DNA from: Sphaerodactylus townsendi
Lineage: Eukaryota
DNA length: 64,000 nt
Assembly (NCBI RefSeq): GCF_021028975.2
Contig: NC_059436.1
Span: forward strand, 25,792,001 to 25,856,000
Direction of reading: 5' to 3'
Shown: one piece after another, positions 60,458 through 64,000 of the stretch
How positions within the stretch are numbered: position 1 is the first letter of the stretch
Layout: each line of letters starts with the position of its first letter
Notes under the pieces: model-generated
What the model was told of the DNA's origin: nothing
The model's database searches: none
What the model saw: the letters and a program-made list of their open reading frames with translations, nothing else
Made by a program: the position numbers and the translations under genes

Positions 60458-62185
60458 CTCTAGGGCATCAGTCACTCCCCTTCCCAACCCACTGCTGGCA
60501 ACTCCAGGAGCCTGGCCAGGCACAAGCTTCCAGCTTATGGAAATCTTCTCAAGCAAGCCTTCCGAGCGACTCTTCCTTTTGCCCGGCCAGCCACGGGACA
60601 GGCAAGGCTTCGCTTTTGTCAAGCAGGTCACTTCTTAACAGAGGAGCCTGCTAGCGAGACTGGGCCCAGTTCACCAAAGTCAAAATAAAGGGAATGCTTT
60701 GAGCATGGGCAGAGTGCCCACTCCATTTGCTCTGGCTCCTCTCTGGGGCTGCGGTGCAGAGGAGGATGCCTGAGAGCAGACCTGGCCCCAAGCCCCATGC
60801 CCTTTCTCCCTCAGCCTGACCCTGCAGCCCTCCGAGGAAGGGGGCAGAGGTAGCCATAAAGGGGGTGAAAGCTGAGCCCCTCTCAGCTCCAGGCCTGCCC
60901 TGCCTGAAGTTCCCAGAGGCCCCAAATGCTCTCCACCACCTGCCCCTTTCTACTTACGCAGCCCGGGCTTGGGTGGGGTTGGACAGATTCCTGCCTAGGA
61001 ATTCCCAAGGAGGCTGGACCAATGAGGGGAAGGGCACTCAATGGAAGTCTCTCTTTGCAGGGAGAAACTCCTGCCCTGCAGCCCACACGCGGAAGCTGCC
61101 TGCTGCTAGCCGAGCCTGTTCTCCGGCATTTCAGCACTTTGGATCCTGGCTCAGTTGGAACCGATTGTACGGGCAGGACTGGAATGAAGCAGGGGCACCC
61201 TGAGCCAGGCACTCTGGGGAAACCCGACTCTGTAGGGACAGACGGACAGACGGACGGACGGACAGCATCCTGGTCAGAGGGAGGGGGCTTGTAGGCAACC
61301 AGCTGCCCTCAGGGTATGCACCACAAGCCCCCCCCGGGACTGCGTTGCACCACACCCTGGGTGTTGCTACCTCCCCACACAATCTGGTCCTAGGGAAGGA
61401 AGTATTTGGCTGCACCTCTCTTCTGATGATTTATCTATGGAAGTTGCTGGTTTATTGCTTCCAACAGATGCATAGTACTCAACAGAAAAAGTTCTTGCCT
61501 TTTTAGGGAAGATCAGAGGTCCTTGGGAAAGGTCTGGAGTATTAAAAATATTCTGGAAAAAAGTAGCTTGTTTTAATGCCTGGGGGGGGCGGGGGATAAG
61601 CTATTGTGCATAACTGCTGCAGTCTGTGCCCATTCTCTCCCCAAGCAGGGGCAGGCAGAAGCTGTTGCCTTCACTCTTTGTTTTTATGACAGTGAACTCA
61701 CAACAATGCTATGAACTGTACATACTGGGAATGGCTAATGAGAGAGACCGTCTGATTCATTCATTTAGTTATTTCATTTATTGGCATCATTTCTTGCTAA
61801 GACCTGAAGCAGATGACACAGTTTTTTTTAAAAAAACTGCAATAAAATCAATATACAACAGTTGTTTTTAATTATGGTTGCCAGCTACCCCGAGCCTGCT
61901 TGGGTGTGTGGGGTGTGTGTGTGGGATACAAGTCAAAAGTACAAATAGATAAGTAAAATGCAAAAGAACTAGATTACAACATTACAGAATAATGTACTGA
62001 AAGCATATAATGTGTACTTTGATGAAAGCTGCCTCAAAATTCACAGGCATCACTTAAAACCTTCTTAATTTTATAAATAAGCCTTCCTGAACTATTCTGT
62101 TTGTAATCAGAACTACCCAGTTCCCTTTTCTTATAACAATCACATTCAGTCATAACTTCAGAAATATGAAAAACTACCATTTTTC

Positions 62186-62247
62186 AGTAAAAGAAAAAGT
62201 CATCCCTACACTAAATAGTAAAAGAAAAAGTCATTCCTACACTAAAT
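62186..62247. repeat. 31-bp tandem duplication
   Basis: agtaaaagaaaaagtcatYcctacactaaat occurs twice. Confidence 0.9.
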
Positions 62248-63003
62248 AGAAAAAAGCAAAACAGAAATGCTGCATGAACATGACAAACATTCGAACCCTC
62301 CTTCTGTGGGGCCCCTGGTGGCTCAGTGGTGGGCAAAGGCCCCAGGCTCAGCCCCTGGCAGCGCCTCCGGTTAGCTGAAGAGTAGGCAAGGCCAGCCTTG
62401 ATAGGCCACCAAGGGTCTGACTCAGAGGCAGGTGGCTCAGGGGGTTCAACACAAGGACACAACAACCTCTGGCCCTGGGGGGTCTGAAAGCCAAGGAAGA
62501 CAAACCATCCCTCCAAAGACCTCAGGGGCATTCTTCCCACGTCACATCACCGGCTGCAGCTCACGAGTGTCCTTCTATCATGAAAGCAAGCCTGGGAGAG
62601 CCAATGCTTGTTTCATTAAAACCTGGGTTCTTTTCTCCAATAACTCCAACCAGCTGAGGTCTCAACGATTTTTATTGAAAAACAGAAAACAAAGAAATAA
62701 ACATAAATGCTTTTAGAGAAATTGACCAGCTGTATGCTTCTTGTGGATCTCTTGGGACCTCTAGCCAAGAGGTGCTTCTCTTAGCTTAGCCCATGATAGA
62801 GTCACCTAGGCTTTGTTCCCTCACTCTCCAAGAAAACTTTTCCCGCTCGCCATGAGGTTTCCAAAACCTTTGAAGTTTCATGCTAGCACCTCTGCATAGT
62901 TTCCTGTCCTCCCTCCAGGAGATCAAAAGGCAAAGATGCTTTTCACAGTCATATGTGACTTTGCTAGTTTTACAGTACTGTTCCATCACACCTTCCTGCC
63001 GCA

Positions 63004-64000
63004 CAGAGGCGTTCCTCCCGTTGGGCAAAGTGGGCAGTTGCCCTGGGCGCAGCCCTGTGGGGGGCACAGGTTTGTTTGCGGGATTTTTTGTATTTTCAGT
63101 GTTTTTCCATCCTTTGGCCTCATGCAGAGTGGCGCAGCTTTTAGGCTAGCAGCACCAAAATTTCAGGGATGTTTTGGGAGGCTCTCCTGATGCTAATATC
63201 ACCCAGGTTTGGTTCAGGGAGTCCAAAGTTATGGACTCCCAAATGGGGTACCCCATCCCCCATTGTTTCCAATGGGAGCTAATAGGAGATGAGGCTACAC
63301 CTTTGAGGGTTGATAACTTTGGACCCCCTGAACCAAACTTCACCAAACCTGGGAGGTATCATCAGGAGAATCTTTTATTGATACTACCCAGGTTTAATAG
63401 AAGTTTGGTCCAGGGGGTCCAAAGCTATGGACTCCCAAAGGGGGTGCCCCATCATCCATTGTTTCCAATGGGAGCTAACAGAAGATGGGGGCTACACCTT
63501 TGAGGGTCCATAACTTTGGACCCCCTGAACCAAACTTCACCAAACCTGGGCAGTATCATTAGGGGCGTCTCCTAAAGATACCCTGAAAGTTTGGTGCTGC
63601 TAGCTTAACAATTGCACCCCTGCCAGCAGGCACCTCCCAAATTTCTCCAGATTTTCCTTTTAAATCCCCCCCGCCTTTGACATGGCTTTAAAGGGAGAAC
63701 CTGAGGTCTCCCTAGTTGTTCATTGCAAGTGATGCTGTTTCAGGGTGGGGGAGAATCAACCCAAAAACAGCATCACTTCCAATGCGTTGCTTAAACTGGG
63801 AATCCCAGATTCTCCCTTTAAGGTGTGATTTAAAAGGAGAATCTGGGCTCCCTAGTTTAAACACCATTGAAAAATGATGCTGTTTGGGGGTGGATCTCTG
63901 CATCACTTGTTTAAACTAGGGGAGCCCAGATTCTCCTTTGAAACATTGAAAGTGATGTTGTTTCCCCCAATTAAAAAAAATTGATACAACACCATAAAAT
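63004..64000 (-). mobile_element. hAT-type element related to 809-1668 and 4433-5370, running off the window end
   Basis: Starts with a diverged reverse complement of their 3' terminus (cagaggcgtt..ttgggcaaagtgggcagttgccc) and carries the same inverted sub-repeats (ggttcagggagtccaaagttatggactccc). Confidence 0.7.

Overview
GC-rich vertebrate genomic DNA, most likely a squamate lizard judging from the SINE, CR1 and SPIN repeats (inference). It carries the conserved MPZ-like/Nav-beta cluster found at human 11q23.3, read in the opposite direction: MPZL2 (+, first exon upstream of the window), MPZL3 (+), SCN2B (+), SCN4B (+), SMIM35 (+) and IL10RA (-). I reconstructed all six exon by exon from GT-AG sites and reading phase. 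Comparisons to human proteins and genes are from memory, not from a search. Main departures from the human locus: (1) TMPRSS4 survives only as a decayed unitary pseudogene, with a broken catalytic-serine exon and an exon-1/promoter remnant whose ATG appears to have become CTG. (2) JAML is absent from its slot. (3) IL10RA appears to have lost intron 1. (4) SCN4B has an extra CxxC in its Ig domain. Intergenic and intronic DNA holds CR1 LINEs, SINEs, hAT elements with 8-bp target-site duplications (TSDs; one is a SPIN MITE), a fossil Gypsy pol, LTRs, a Helitron nested in an LTR, and a 192-nt assembly gap. Most long ORFs in the supplied track are GC-rich or antisense artefacts.
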